DNA of 64,000 nt from Octopus vulgaris (lineage: Eukaryota). This document shows positions 42,420-56,810 of the stretch, one piece after another. Each line of letters starts with the position of its first letter. Within the stretch, counting starts at the first letter, position 1. The stretch spans positions 37,882,001 through 37,946,000 of the forward strand of contig OX597825.1 in the NCBI GenBank assembly GCA_951406725.2, read 5' to 3'. A program made the translations under genes and the position numbers. Below the pieces are notes generated by a model. That model had not been told where the DNA came from, did no database searches, and saw only the letters and a program-made list of their open reading frames with translations.

Positions 42420-43400
42420 GGTTGATATGCTTGTTGTTGCTGCTGCTGTTCTTCTTCTTTATCATCATCATCTTGTTCTTCTTGTGCTTGTTTTTCTTCC
42501 TCCTCCTCCTGCTCCTCCTCCTCCTGCTCCTCCTGCTCCCCTTCTTTTTCTTCTTCTTCCTCATCCTCTTCTTCTTCTTCTCTTTCTTCTTCTTCTCTTT
42601 CTTCTCCTCCTCTTTCCCTCCTTCTTCTTCTTCTTCTTCTTCTTCTTCTTCTTCTTCTTCTTCCTCTTTTCTTCTTCTTTCACCCCATCCAGCTATGAGT
42701 ATTTCTTATCTCTCCCCATTTAATATTTTATCTACCATATTCTTTCCCTTCACCAGCATCTCCATCACAGCAATCGCACCTTTTCACGCTGCTCTTGCAG
42801 TTTTAGTCGATGATTATAGTGATAATATTACGCATAATTATCATCCTCCTCATTACCAACAGCAGTGCAACCATACTCTCGATGGTGATGTTCACCCTGT
42901 TCACGATCGTCATCATCAAAATAATGCCACTAACATTATCACCACTACCCAATCCCTTCCTACTCTCCTCTTCCTCCTCCCCCTCTTCCTCCTCACGATC
43001 ATCACCATCATTATAATGATCATCAGGATCATCAGGATCATCTTCATCATCATCTTCATCATCATCATGATTATCATCATCATGGTTGTCATCAACAACA
43101 GCAATGCTATCATCAATAATAATTCTATCATCATAAACATCATTATCACAATCATCATCAACAAGAGCAAGAACACTAACAACAACAACAACAACAGTAC
43201 TATCATCATCCCCATCATCATCATTACAATTGACTTCATTATAATACATACGATGAATATCATTGTTGACATCCTCTTTATGGCATTTATTTCCTACTTT
43301 AAACTTAATCATCATCATCATCATCATAATTTTTATCATCATCATCATCGCCATGATCATCATGATAATTATCATCATCATCATCATCATTATTCTTCTG
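42420..43400. repeat. ~1-kb compound trinucleotide tract (TTC, CTC, ATC, AAC)
   Basis: Directly visible. It produces the spurious 346-aa ORF. Confidence 0.9.
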
Positions 43401-44274
43401 TGTTTTGCCTTTCTTCACCGTTATTATGTTGTTTTGAATCTTGAATTACTGGTTTGCGTGAGAAGAAATTTAGAGATTAATTAGTACTTATATTGACAAG
43501 AACATTCACTTCTAATGAAGTATCGCAAGATATTACAGCCAAATCAACATATTCATTTCCCACTTCACCATATCTTCATATATTATGATGATGACGATGA
43601 TCTTATTTCTCCTCCTCATCTTCCGTTTCATCATCATGATCGTCGCTAATGTAATCATTACATTTGCTTAATTCTTTTTAAATATTATTTTAAATCTTCA
43701 TTTCCTTCTACCCAATATAAGTGTAGGAGCGCATGCTTGCGCATACTAGCGTGTTTAACTTTCTCTTTAATTTCTACATCACTGCTTGTCTCACCCTCTT
43801 CGTCTTCTCTCGCTTTTTCTCTCTGCATCTCTGTTTCACGTGCTCACGCTCGATCTACTGTTTCCTTCCAGCGTTCTTATTTTGCTGACTCCAATCTCCG
43901 TGTGCATCTCAGTGATTTTCTTTTACTCAAAATATAAAACCTCATTTCTTTTATATCATTAATCTAAACTGTGAGACAACAATAAGAGAGCCTCGAGCAG
44001 AATACCCAACCTTCTTTTAGTTAGCAATTTCATAAGTTGCTGTTACCGTATACTGCCAATTTATTTGTTAAAATGCTATAAGAACCATTACTTCTCCAAG
44101 TCGACAAAGTCAAATTGTCATCATTAAACAAGTGCATAAGGAAGATTAGAAAACAATTCACTTCCCTTATCGTGCTTACTAAGGGATAAAACATTAGAAC
44201 TTTTCTATGTGAAAATACAGAATTACATGAATGTAAACTATATAAGTACATACATAAAGATATTTACTCGTACG

Positions 44275-44305
<31 letters not shown>

Positions 44306-44336
44306 GTGTGTGTGTGTGCGAGCGTGTGTGTGTATT

Positions 44337-44530
44337 TTATTTTTTATGTGTTGCAGTCACTTGACTGCGGCCATGCTGGAGCACCGCCTTTAGTCGAACA
44401 AATCGACCCCAGGATTTATTCTTTGTAGGCCTTGTACTTAGCCTATCGATCATTATTGTCGAACCGCTAAGTTACGGGGACATAAACACACAAACATGGT
44501 GAGGGGGGACAAACACAGACACAAGCACAT
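44337..44530 (-). mobile_element. SINE 3' portion, family of 10917-11278
   Basis: CAGTCACTTGACTGCGGCCATGCTGGAGCACCGCCTTTAGTCGAACAAATCGACCCCAG...GGGGGACAAACACAGACAC. Confidence 0.85.
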
Positions 44531-44532
44531 AC

Positions 44533-44596
<64 letters not shown>

Positions 44597-44727
44597 GCAT
44601 GCAAATTTTTATATATAGTATACTTTTATGTACATTTTGGTTATCGGATGAAATAGTTTTAATGTCATTTCTTTATATTTCACTTTTGAATTTATTTATA
44701 GGAACGACATTTTTTTATAGAAAATAT

Positions 44728-44940
44728 AAGTATATGATTTAACTTATTAAACACAGTTCGACATATACATTCATATTTATGTAAAGGAAGAGATAAGATG
44801 TTAAAATGGGTTATAGCTTTTAATTTTCATGTAGCTATACAATTTGTGACATAAAAAAGACTCAGATTTAAAAAATAGAAAATCGTACTGGTCTTATTTG
44901 CACTCGTCAGTAGCTGATGTAAAAACTAAATAAGACGTTC
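44728..44940 (+). mobile_element. Solo copy of the TIR arm of the 30621-31590 element
   Basis: GTATATGATTTAAC...GAGATAAGATGTTAAAATGGGTTATAG...ATAGAAAATCGTA...CTCGTCAGTAGCTGATGTAAAAACTAAA. Confidence 0.7.
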
Positions 44941-46419
44941 AAAGGACATATATTTTCTCATATAGATTGTATCTATTTCACGATGCTCTCAGTAATAATT
45001 ATATTGATATCAACCTGAAATTTACGAGTTCCTTATATATGTTCCACTTACACAAATCAAGATTTAAAGTTTAAATATATGGAATATGATATTTGTTGAT
45101 CACAGATAATATTAACGGATACGATATAAGCAGCATTAATTTCATAAGTATTGTAAAAAAGAAATTAACATTCGGAGCAATATAACTGTTGAGCAAAGCA
45201 TTGATAATATCAGGCATTGCACTTGATATATATTCCGCTGTAATTTAATGTATCAGAAGAATGTCTTCTCTAAACATATGTATTGTATATTAACTTCTAC
45301 GGAAATTTAATAATTTCCAAATCTAAATGTTTTCTTGGAGTATTTAAAAAGCCCCGCAGGCTGAACACCAGAATGATTTAAGTAATAAAGTTTAAATGTT
45401 CCAGGCAAGGGTCTTATATGGTAGAAAGTGTAAAAATCAATGGTTTTTACTCTACAAGTACACTTGATTCATTCTCATTTATGATATCAAATCCAGTATA
45501 TATTCATTCTTAGGGATGCAAGTGACACAGAGACGCAAGTAACATACCCTTGTTCACACAGAATTTATAAGCATATGAAAACTCTGAAAGGTAAAGTAAA
45601 TTTATATAATTAAAACACTCTGGATAGGTAGTTCAAGCTTAGAGACATCGGTGCATTTACAATGTTTCATTACAAGAGATATACTGTTCCGTACCATACC
45701 TAAAGTTTTACTGAATATTGCATCAAATAAGCTTAAACATTTTATATTTACACATAAAATACATAATGACTTTACACATGCAAGCACACCCGCACACACA
45801 CACTCACACACACACTCACACACACACACGCATATATACATATATGCGTGTGTGCGTATGTGTGTGTATACTCGCTGATAACAAACATAGTATTATATCA
45901 CTTAACAAATTTACTGTTGCATGTGAAATAAACGCCTACATTTGTCACAGTAGGCGTATACTAATAATACACACACACGCGCGCACTCGCACATATATAT
46001 ATTTGTGTGTACATATGCATATGCATTTATGCATGTATCTATATATGTACGTAAATTCAAAGGTATTTATATGCACACGGTTAAGTGAGTGTGTGTGTTT
46101 ATGTGTATGATTGCGAATATGCGTATGTATATATATATTTTTGATGAAGTATGTTATTTACAATCTCCATTAGAAATAAATAACTCAGAAACAGACAAGG
46201 ATTCTGATTATGTTAAATAGAGTAAATATTTCACATTTTATTGTCGCTATAATTGAAAACGATTTGTTTTGTTTTTGCTTCGTAGACTGTTGAATTGAAA
46301 ATTGTCGTTCATTCACGCATGAGATTTGAACTAATGGGAAATTAGAAGTTTCAGAAGAATCTTCTAATACACAAGCACACAGATACGCACACATTTGTAG
46401 AGAAAATCAATATACACAC

Positions 46420-46487
<68 letters not shown>

Positions 46488-46657
46488 ATATATATACATA
46501 TATGCATATGAATATATATATATATATATATATATAATTTGTCTATCTCTCCATCTATCTATCTGTATGTATATACATATGCATAAATATGTATATATGT
46601 ATATATATATGCATATATATATACATATATGTATATATATATACATATATGTATACA

Positions 46658-46739
<82 letters not shown>

Positions 46740-47250
46740 CATATATGCCTACATATGTGTATGTATTTATATACCTATATATGTGTATGTAACTATGTAT
46801 GAATATAGAAATTTTAGCTTTCTCTTACTTAACGATGCAGTTTTAAAACACTGTTTAAGAAACCTTTCGAAAATATTTTGACAGCTTAAAAGTAAATGCT
46901 TTCAAGTGATTGCTGTAGTTCTTTGACTCTGGGCTCAAATCCACCAAACACTATATTTATACCTGTATGCCTTTGAATTGACAGAATTTTTAGAGATTCA
47001 ATCGTGACAATTCAGCTATCGTTTCAGTGCATGTGATCTGAATGTTTCTAGAAAATGTCTCAGTTGGTCAAACATTTTACTTCGCACTTCGAATCCTTGG
47101 TACGCTCGAGCTCATTTCCCTCGCTATTCAGTTCATTGTTTCTATGTGAAAAATCTTCTTCCCTTATTTTCATTTGTCTGATGAGCCGCGTTTTAGACGT
47201 CTCCACCCTTCCTTGATCGAACCTTAATAATTACTTATGTTCTTCCAAAT

Positions 47251-47381
47251 TGTTATGTGGACGCCCCCAGACGATGATGTAGGCTAGCCCAATACGTAGA
47301 TATAGTGAGTAGTAGACTAGGACACAGTAGAGTAGCAGTCGGAGAAGTTGAGTAGAAGGCATCCGAACGTGCGACATAACA
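47251..47381. mobile_element. 131-bp solo-LTR-like element with TG...CA ends and 5-bp TSD
   Basis: 8-bp terminal inverted repeat TGTTATGT...ACATAACA, flanked on both sides by CAAAT (47246-47250 and 47382-47386). Confidence 0.7.
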
Positions 47382-47828
47382 CAAATAATCAATAAAACTT
47401 TACCATTCACACCCTCACATAAAAAGATAAAAATATGAAAAGGTAGAAATAATAGGTGTTAGCTTTACAAATATTTTAGAGTGCCTCTCATTCAGGGTTC
47501 ACTATGTAACGACGTTAAACATATTTTACATGTTACACCGCTTCAATTGTCAAGCAAATCTCGAAAAAAGATGTTTAGCAGAAGCTGGAAGTAACTACCA
47601 GTATCAGTTAATCCTACGACGAAGAAACAACAATCAATTACCGCAAAATACATAAAATATTCACCGTCAGTTCTAAATTTTACACACACACACACGCATA
47701 CACACACACACATACTCACAGACGCATATACACAGAAACGCATACAACCACACGGGCGCATGCACGCACGCACACTCACATACATACATATATACATACA
47801 TACATACATACATACATACATACATACA

Positions 47829-47861
<33 letters not shown>

Positions 47862-47884
47862 GTGTGTGTGTGTGTGTATGCACA

Positions 47885-48300
47885 CGCTATGTATTGTAGG
47901 GATGTTTAGATCTAGATAATAAAGAATGATGCATGGAATATGCTACTATTATCTGGTATTGAGACATTGAAAATTATTAGAGAAATCACTGGGACTTAGC
48001 CATCCAATAAGAGTCGGTTTATGATCCACTTTCACCATGATAATGCGTCATCACACAAATGATTTCCAAGAAATAAAAGTAATCAGTGAATTGCGTGGGT
48101 CACGTTTATGTCATCAGCGTCCTAGTAATGAAAGACAGCTATCGTGTACAGTTATTTGATGATGCACACAAAGAGAAAGTTCTGCCAACAAATAGTACAA
48201 TAGTGCACATCTCAATTTTTGAAGAGGATATCGAATTTTCTGAAGGTTATGCATCGAAGAGGAGTTACTATAACAACCAGAGGAATTTGTGCAACTTATA
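47885..48300 (+). mobile_element. Decayed mariner catalytic-domain fragment
   Basis: MIHFHHDNASSH (the mariner HHDNA motif) at ~48021-48056, with mariner-like flanks. Confidence 0.5.
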
Positions 48301-48359
48301 GCATATATCATGATACACTCACATTTGCACCACTATCAGGACAAAACCCTTCTATCTAT

Positions 48360-48425
<66 letters not shown>

Positions 48426-48440
48426 ATATATATATATATA

Positions 48441-48471
<31 letters not shown>

Positions 48472-49655
48472 GGTGTATGGTGATATTTGAAGTCATTTGT
48501 ATTTAATTGAGGAAGATCTTATTGTAATGGATGCATTTTCTATGGTATATTACGCGCACTTGAATCGTATGTATGAAATGATTTCAGAATATTAGTATTT
48601 GGTTTGACATCATTATTACAAGATACAAAACTTGATGCCATAACATACTAGCCGCTCAGGACTCGACTTCTGCGGATACCCTAACAACGATTTAGAGTTG
48701 TTTGTTATACATGAATTGTTTCTTAGTGTAACAGGAAATATATGGATGCATTTATGTATGTATATGTACGTAAGCAAGTACACATATTTTGCGCGTTTTT
48801 GTGTGTGAGTATGTTACATTATACGATACTGGAGTTTTACATTTCTATTGCTCCGTCATTCTTAGACCATGTGTTGAAACTGAAGGAATTATATTGTGGA
48901 GGTACTATCCAATCATTTGATAAGGCACAAGACCTGTTAAAATTACTTTTGATTTATTTCATAACGTGTCAAAAATTTTTTGTTGTACAACTGTGATACA
49001 ATCACTGATAAATTTAATTGAAATATTGCACTGAAACTGTGTTAGTTAATGTATCGATTACTCCCTCAATTCACCTATTTTTCTCTATATCCAAGAACTA
49101 TTTAAGTGCCAAGACGCGGCTTCTAAGCATGCTGTGTTTCTTATACAAATAGACACGAACTTCTGCATATTCACGTAGTATCACACATAAATACTCAGAA
49201 ACTAGACATAATTGAAACACATGCGCACAAATACATCATTTCGAATAAGCTATTTTCTATTCAAATTTGAGATCGTATCTTTTAATGTATAATATCCTCC
49301 CGGATTACATTTATTATATATAATCGCCAAGGAACGATGGGAATTAGTAATTACACCACTTCATAATTTTGTTATCGTTCAATTCATTTGTCAGACAGCA
49401 TTTATATGATTATAACAAATAGGTTTTAAGTACTTTCTACATCACTATCGGATTAATATGTTTTATTAATTTATGTAGGTGTTCGTAGCTTTAACTACGA
49501 AATGCACTTGTGTGTAATATAAGTATAAATTGCAAATAAGTTGTTAAATATCTAATGACGGACATAGAAATAAACACTTTGGTATAGATATATACAAAGC
49601 AGAATAGTTTTCATAAATTTTTTTAATGGTTGTTTATCATCGCGTGTGTGAGCGC

Positions 49656-49706
<51 letters not shown>

Positions 49707-49787
49707 TGTATATTCATGTGTATATATACATACATACATATGCATACATACATACATACATACATACTTATACATACATACATATAC

Positions 49788-49852
<65 letters not shown>

Positions 49853-50107
49853 GTTTTTTCAGGAGAACCCGTTTCATTAAAGTTAGAAGTGCGTATCACA
49901 TTCCACCATTAATAGATGAATGACTGAAAATGATTTTGTCGCACCATACATTGTAAATGGAATGCATACCAGTGTTTTGTGAAACTATAGAGTACCAGCA
50001 CCCTTTATACCTCGCAGTTGAATGTTTGTTAAAACAAAATCATAGTACCATTCATGACAGCGTCTCAGGATGCCCTAATGAAATATTGGTGCGTGAAACT
50101 GTATATA

Positions 50108-50138
<31 letters not shown>

Positions 50139-50184
50139 GCATGTATATCTGTGTGTTCGTGTGTGCGTGCAAGAGTATGCTTGC

Positions 50185-50231
<47 letters not shown>

Positions 50232-50252
50232 TGCGTGCAAGAGTATGCTTGC

Positions 50253-50296
<44 letters not shown>

Positions 50297-50355
50297 GCAC
50301 ACATACAAAGATATTGACATAGACACACACACATAAGCACACGCACACACACATA

Positions 50356-50522
50356 CCAGTTTTATAGAAAACAAAATACGATGACAGGCGATGGAACAAC
50401 AAGCAGATATTTTAGTTTAACGCTCAGAAAGAAGGAATGTTATTTGGCCATTACTAGCCACGCTCTTCCATAGAAAGGATGAAGAGAAAAGAAGAAAAAA
50501 CTGTGAGAGAGAAAATGCAGGG
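50356..50522 (-). mobile_element. Short HHR-containing repeat (minus-strand copy, decayed HHR)
   Basis: The reverse complement CCTTTCTATGGAAGAGCGTGGCTAG...GAGCGTTAAACTAAAATATCTGCTTGTTG aligns with 57298-57460. Confidence 0.6.
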
Positions 50523-50719
50523 ATTAATGGCATATATTCTTTAATTTATTTCATCTCAGACTTTAGCTGTGGTAATAATTTTAATTCGTGTGCCACCAAT
50601 TAGTATGGCGATATAAGTCCCAGGTTCACCAGTAGGCCACCAGATATAAGCAAATAACGAAATATATTATAATCTGTATACGCGAAGATGACTTTATTGA
50701 GTTAGGAACGTTTATAAAA

Positions 50720-50800
50720 GTCACCAGAAGAAGCACTTCTGCATAAAAGGATGCACCCATGATGGATCGATATACGATGGGTCGAAACGATCGTAGTGAT
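50720..50800 (+). ncRNA. Type I hammerhead-like motif with expanded domain II
   Basis: GTCAC-CAGAAGA-[...ACCCAT..ATGGGT-C]-GAAAC-GATC-GTA-GTGAT. 5-bp stem I, palindromic ACGATCGT stem III, GUA triplet. The core has U4 changed to A. Confidence 0.55.
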
Positions 50801-50837
50801 TAATAGAGAATCTCATGACTTACATTTATTCACTCTC

Positions 50838-50876
<39 letters not shown>

Positions 50877-52949
50877 GTGTACAATTATACACAAACGCAC
50901 TGACATGCAGGGACACACACACACATACACACATATATATATATATATAAAAGAAAAGTAGAAAATGGAGATCATTATCATTTACAACTGTTTCAATTAT
51001 ACACAGTGAATTAATTAATATTAAGTTCATATTATTGAGAATAATATGCCCTTAGATGATTTGTATGTTTGTTTGTAGATTCGTCACAGCAGATTGCTAA
51101 AGAGATTATGCTCTGAAATATAAACTTAATATTAATTTGATTTACTACGTATAATTGAAACAGCTGTACAGGATAATGATTAAATTGTTGCTGATAATAA
51201 ATTCTTATTAACTTCACAATCTCCATTTTCTTTCTCTTTCGTTATATAGATATAAACTACAGTTTATGTACACACCTATTATTTTCAGGAAATCAATTCC
51301 CTCAAAATATTACGTATTGAATCGGTATTTACTTGGATGAAACCGATCCTTTATGAGGCCCATATAATCTCTAATTGAATTGTATACATACACACACATT
51401 TTTAGCGTGTGTGTATGTGTGTGTGTTTGAATGTGTTTATGTGTGTGTATGTGTATATTCAAACAACATGAACAGAGGACTTATCTACCTAATCATTATT
51501 TGTTATTTTATTAGTCTTACTTTTACTATTACAGTATTGTAAATATAGTGTGGTATTTATGTGGATGTGTATAGGTATGTGTGTGTATGCATGTGTGTGT
51601 GCATATGTGTTTGTATGTGTGTGTGCATTTGTGTTTGCATGTGTATGCGTGTGTATATATACTTTAAAAATTCATTATCAAAAGATGCGCGAATTTTCAT
51701 TGTTCCGAAAAGATCATGATATTACGGTAATCTAAGCAACTGTCTGAATGTACTTAATTCAGCTGCTTAGGATGTCAGGAAACTTAGCAATCTCGTTCAT
51801 AACGTGTCATAGTAAGAAAACATGCTTGCATACCGGCGAACAGCAGGCGCCAAGCATGACAACTGACACTGTCGAAGCATGTTCAAAGAACAGCTGCTAA
51901 CTCTACAAAACAAACAAAAAACAAAAAACACGCATTTACCGTTTATATTATTTTAAAGTTAACTACACCAAGGAGTGGTATGGCTTATTAATTTCAGCGG
52001 TACTTATTCCTTTACCTAATTATACCTGATCAAAATGTTCCTACTTCAAATTACAGAAATTAATAAATGGAAACTCACCTAATTAAAATTCAAGAGGGGC
52101 ACTCTTAGGAAAGGGGTGGAAAAACAGAAACAATAGAATCAGGGTAGAATAAATGAAATAGAGAGAATGGCCCATATATTAAGAGAAGATAGTATTGCCA
52201 TAAGCAAATAACTGCTCATCCTAGAATAATGAAAGTAGTATAGGTAATGGTCAGTGTCAATTTAAAACCAAATTTATAAATTTATAAAATTTTTGTTAAA
52301 TACTGAAATTTATAGATATCTGTTATTTACGGCATTAAAGTTACGATTTGAGAGGCGTACAGAGGGATAGACAGATAGGTAGATAAATATAATAAAAACC
52401 ATATACATGTATATGTATATATTTGTAGGTTTATAAATATACATAGCGCTCCACACATTTTGAAAAAAGTATGGTTGAACTTGGAATATTAGGGAGAGAA
52501 TTCAAATCCATAATTCACAAGTTACAAATGATTACATCTGCAACTATAAAAATTTGCAACACCCTCCTGCATGTACAGGTGCTTATAGTGGACTCATATA
52601 CCCTTACATATACATACATGTATATATACACATACATACACACACGTACATGTCTATATATATGCGCACAAACGCACACACAAATATGCACACAGACACA
52701 CACACTCTCATGTACATATATTTATGAGTGTGATCTGCTTATTACTTAAGAAATTATTATTATTATGTCAACCAGCACTGTGGAATTTCTGAAGTTGATC
52801 CAACAGAAATATACCCGACTGCCAATAACATCAGGAAGCTCAAACTCTGCCAATGCTCCAGTCAATACATCAACAAATACACTAATCGATATATACTCAA
52901 TTGTCCCAAAATATAATGCATGTATATATATATATATTTCTACACACAA

Positions 52950-52982
<33 letters not shown>

Positions 52983-53269
52983 CACACATATATATATTTA
53001 TATATATATATATATGAATACGTGTGTGTGACTTCGAAGATTTCCTTTTGTGTGCCTATACCCCGTACCCCAGAGCTTCAGAAATTATATAGATTTGCAT
53101 AAATCCCAGGTTTATAATAATTACTGGGCTTGACTTGATTGATTAATTCCTTCAATATTATGTTCTAGCTCTGAAAGTAATATTGTAAACAAAAATCATG
53201 TATATACATGTGTGTTTGTGTATATTCACACAGACACACAGATATTTATATATGTGCGCAAGTGTGTGT

Positions 53270-53486
53270 ATATGTTTGTGTGTCTGTGTTTGTCCCCCCC
53301 CCATCATCGCTTTGACAATCGATGCTGATGTGTTTACTTCCCCGTAACTTAGTGGTCGGCAAAAGAGGCCGGTAGAATAAGTACAAGGCTTACAAAGAAT
53401 AAGCTCTGGGATCGATTTGCTCGACTAAAGGCGGTGCTCCAGCATGGCCGCAGTCAAATTACTGAAACAAGTAAAAGAGTAAAAGA
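53270..53486 (+). mobile_element. SINE 3' portion, family of 10917-11278
   Basis: TGTGTTTGTCCCCC...GGCGGTGCTCCAGCATGGCCGCAGTCAAATTACTGAAACAAGTAAAAGAGTAAAAGA. Confidence 0.85.
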
Positions 53487-53495
53487 TATATGTAT

Positions 53496-53557
<62 letters not shown>

Positions 53558-55499
53558 TTATATAGATATATACATATATATGTATATATACATAAGCCTA
53601 TGTGTGCGTGTACATGTTTGTGTGTGTGTTCGTGCACGTGTGTGTATCTATATTTAGCTTTTTTATCAATAAATTTAAGTTGCGAGGAATATCGAACGTG
53701 CCTATTGTACGATATTCTGTGCCTATAGGCGACGGATACTATGAAAATTTTATTTGAATGAAATGTCTTCTAAGAAATGAATTATCAGCCTTCTGCTCTA
53801 CTTTATTGATTAAATAGACTATTGTTTACTGAAATCTGCTCCCATATTCCTTCAATTTTTTATTCCATCATATGCTTTCTTGTGGCTTGTCGCCAGTCAT
53901 TTTTCTTTTCATTATCTTTTTGTTAGTTATATCAATAACCTGCGCTTTACTTTTAAGTCTTTCTTAGTATTTTTTCAAAATGCAGCCTGTATAGCAAAGA
54001 ACGCAGAATTTGGAAGAAGCCCATTTCAATGCAAGTCGAGACGTATTGATCATAAATTTCCAGTAAGAATGAAAGAGGAGAAAATAATCGATAAAATTTA
54101 GCTTGAACGATGCAATGTTGATTAGTTAATTACCAATGAGCTTTATGTCCCGTAATCAATTTATTTGTCTCTCATTGAAGTACTTTTAATATATTCTGTA
54201 ATTTTCTTTAAGACTTAACTCCACTGTGCTCCAGAACAGCTCTAAACGTTAATAAGATGAGATAAAAGAAGAAATGCAAAACGCTCTGAATTCTTTGAGC
54301 GATCCTATCTCACAAATGTAAAGCATGTAAAGCACCGTAACGTAATTCAAAAAATTCAATTCAGCAATTTTCGTCTCTCAGCGTGATATCTTGCCCCACG
54401 TAATCTTAATTTTCATACAACTAATTTACTCAAGACCACAAAGACATAAATTGATAAAACGTTAATAACACATGCCTCTGCTTTACGAGTTGAATTGCTT
54501 CATAAAAAGAGCCGTAAAAAAATTTGGGTATTTAATAAATTTTATTAATCTGAAGCAAGCAATTAGAAAATAATTGAAAGCATGTTGGATGACAAGTATC
54601 GATCAGTGAAGATTCAGGAAAGAATTTTAAGAAGCTGAGTACAGGAAACGAGATTTAGTTCTCACTTTGATGAGATGTTTTTATTTATGTTATTCGATAG
54701 GTGAATGAATGACACGCGAATTCATTCCATTTCTTTTCACTTAGAAATACATTCCAATAACTTATATAAATCGAGACGTAATTGACGAATAAACATTTAC
54801 TGTAGATGAATTAGGAATGATTATAAAACAGAAAGATTACATCACCAATATTATAGTTTCTGAGCTGGTCAAAACCAACGTCGTCAGAATGTACCTCATT
54901 AACATTTGGAGCAAGTATGGCTAAGCGCATCATTTGAGTAACAGCAGTCTTCGTAGCAAGGTAGCTACATTCAAATACAGTACAAACGAAAGACCACGAC
55001 GATGTACTTCTCAGAAAATTAACTTAAATAGAATACAGAGGTGAGCTACATCTACATACCAACATCAGGTAAAGACAGTATTAATCCACTACTGAAGGAC
55101 ATTTCCAACACGAATTTTCAGAAATAAAAAAGTAATAACGAAGACGAGGATACATCCTCATTTCTAGTCAAAGCTATCGTGACCGAGTAGCATGTGCACC
55201 GTATTTAGTGGCATGCTACATGTAACAAGCCAGAAATATCATTGCAACAAATTAGTCGTGACTACAGAAATGATACGGGGAAGCAATGAATAACTACACA
55301 AGAAAACAATGGCAATGACCATTAGTTTAGCAGATATACAATTTCGGAGCAATTGATATATTCATCTCCATACGAATTTTAAAAATAAATCTATTAATAT
55401 GACAGATTATGAAATTATCTCTACACGTATTTAATTATCCGTATATGCATCCATAATCATCATCATCATCATCATCATCGCATATATAGATATGCATAT

Positions 55500-55540
<41 letters not shown>

Positions 55541-55611
55541 AATATGTATATACTATATGAATATAGAAGATAGATAAATACATATATATGCATACACACA
55601 TATGTGTGTGT

Positions 55612-55664
<53 letters not shown>

Positions 55665-55789
55665 CCTATATATAAAAGTATATTTTTATGTGGTAACTGA
55701 AAGACGGATGTTGGAAGATACGACAACTTATATTAGTCATGACAATTTTTTCGATACATCTAGCATTACACCATCACGGATGGGATACT

Positions 55790-55842
55790 TAGCAACTGTT
55801 TCAGGAGCATCCGACGGTACAGATGTGTCTCATCGGGTGATA
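55790..55842 (-). ncRNA. Degenerate hammerhead motif downstream of a PLE ORF
   Basis: Minus strand CCGATGA-GACACATCTG-TACCGT-CGGATGCTCCT-GAAAC-AGTTGC. Stem CATCTG/CGGATG is clear; stem I is unclear. Confidence 0.45.
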
Positions 55843-56289
55843 AATAGATATAACTCGTTAAAATAACAGTTCCACAATGTATTTTCTTATTTCATGTAAA
55901 AAAAATAAAGGCAGCAAAACAAAAGATATATCTTCACTTATATAGAAGATCGAGAATAAAATAACAGATGTAAAAAACAAACAAAAAACTAAGACGCAAT
56001 GCAACGTAAAAAGTATTAACAGATATGAATGTGTAAACGCTCTCGCGCAAGCTGCATAACACATGTACATCTGCTCATAGAAGCATCCACGAATATGTAA
56101 GCATACGCGAACATGTGGTTTGGAGGCACACACCTTCACATAGCGAGTTAAATAGCTACTTGGTGCTTATAAGAATGGGAGAGGTTAAAGCTAAACTTAA
56201 TTCATCCATACCTTGAAGTAAATTATGTTATTAGTTACTCAAATTTCTTCCCACTGTATTGAGCGACATTGGATTTATATGAATGTAAG

Positions 56290-56810
56290 CATCTTAAGAA
56301 TCTTTCAGAAATTCTATTAATGATCTTCTCAGTGGTCAACAGAATAGACGAAGATTCGCCAGAGCAGAGTCAGCATCTCCTGGAAATGATATTCTATGAT
56401 TTTCGTGCCTTATCATTGACCAAGTTATGTTATACTTAAATTCATCTTCCTTCAGTCACATCACAAAATCGGTCAAAGATGTTGAATGCCTCTTATTGAT
56501 TCTCTTCAATCTGGCGACATGATTGCGATAACGATTCTTAAATGAATCAGCCGCTTGCTCTATGTAAATATACGGCCCTCCCCTTCTGTGCACGATGCAT
56601 TTATAGACAAGATTTGTATTCATATACCGGCTCATCAATGGGCATTATGATCTTTCTCTGCATGAGCATTTATTATGGTTTTTGTATATATAGCAGTTCT
56701 CCCATCATTTTCCGACGTTGTTACTGTGTTAGCTATATCATATTCATATTTACTATCACAATTTGGTCGTATTTGGGTGCTTTTCATTGCGGTTTACATC
56801 TGCTTCGTTG
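56290..56810 (-). mobile_element. Penelope-like element GIY-YIG endonuclease relic
   Basis: Minus-strand translation NKCSCRERS*CPLMSRYMNTNLVYKCIVHRRGGPYIYIEQAADSFKNRYRNHVA...KRHSTSLTDFVM*LK...YNITWSMI...RRC*LC shows the CxCR..CPL linker and a GIY-YIG domain typical of PLEs. Confidence 0.85.

Noticed and set aside
42404-43444. 346-aa ORF, the longest in the window
   Set aside because: It is made of trinucleotide repeats (poly-L/F/S/I/N/H), is open in several frames and on both strands, and has no recognisable domain.
54850-54892. Minus-strand CTGACGA-GTTGGT/ACCAGC-GAAAC hammerhead-like motif
   Set aside because: There are extra bases around stem II and no stem I complement, so it may be chance.
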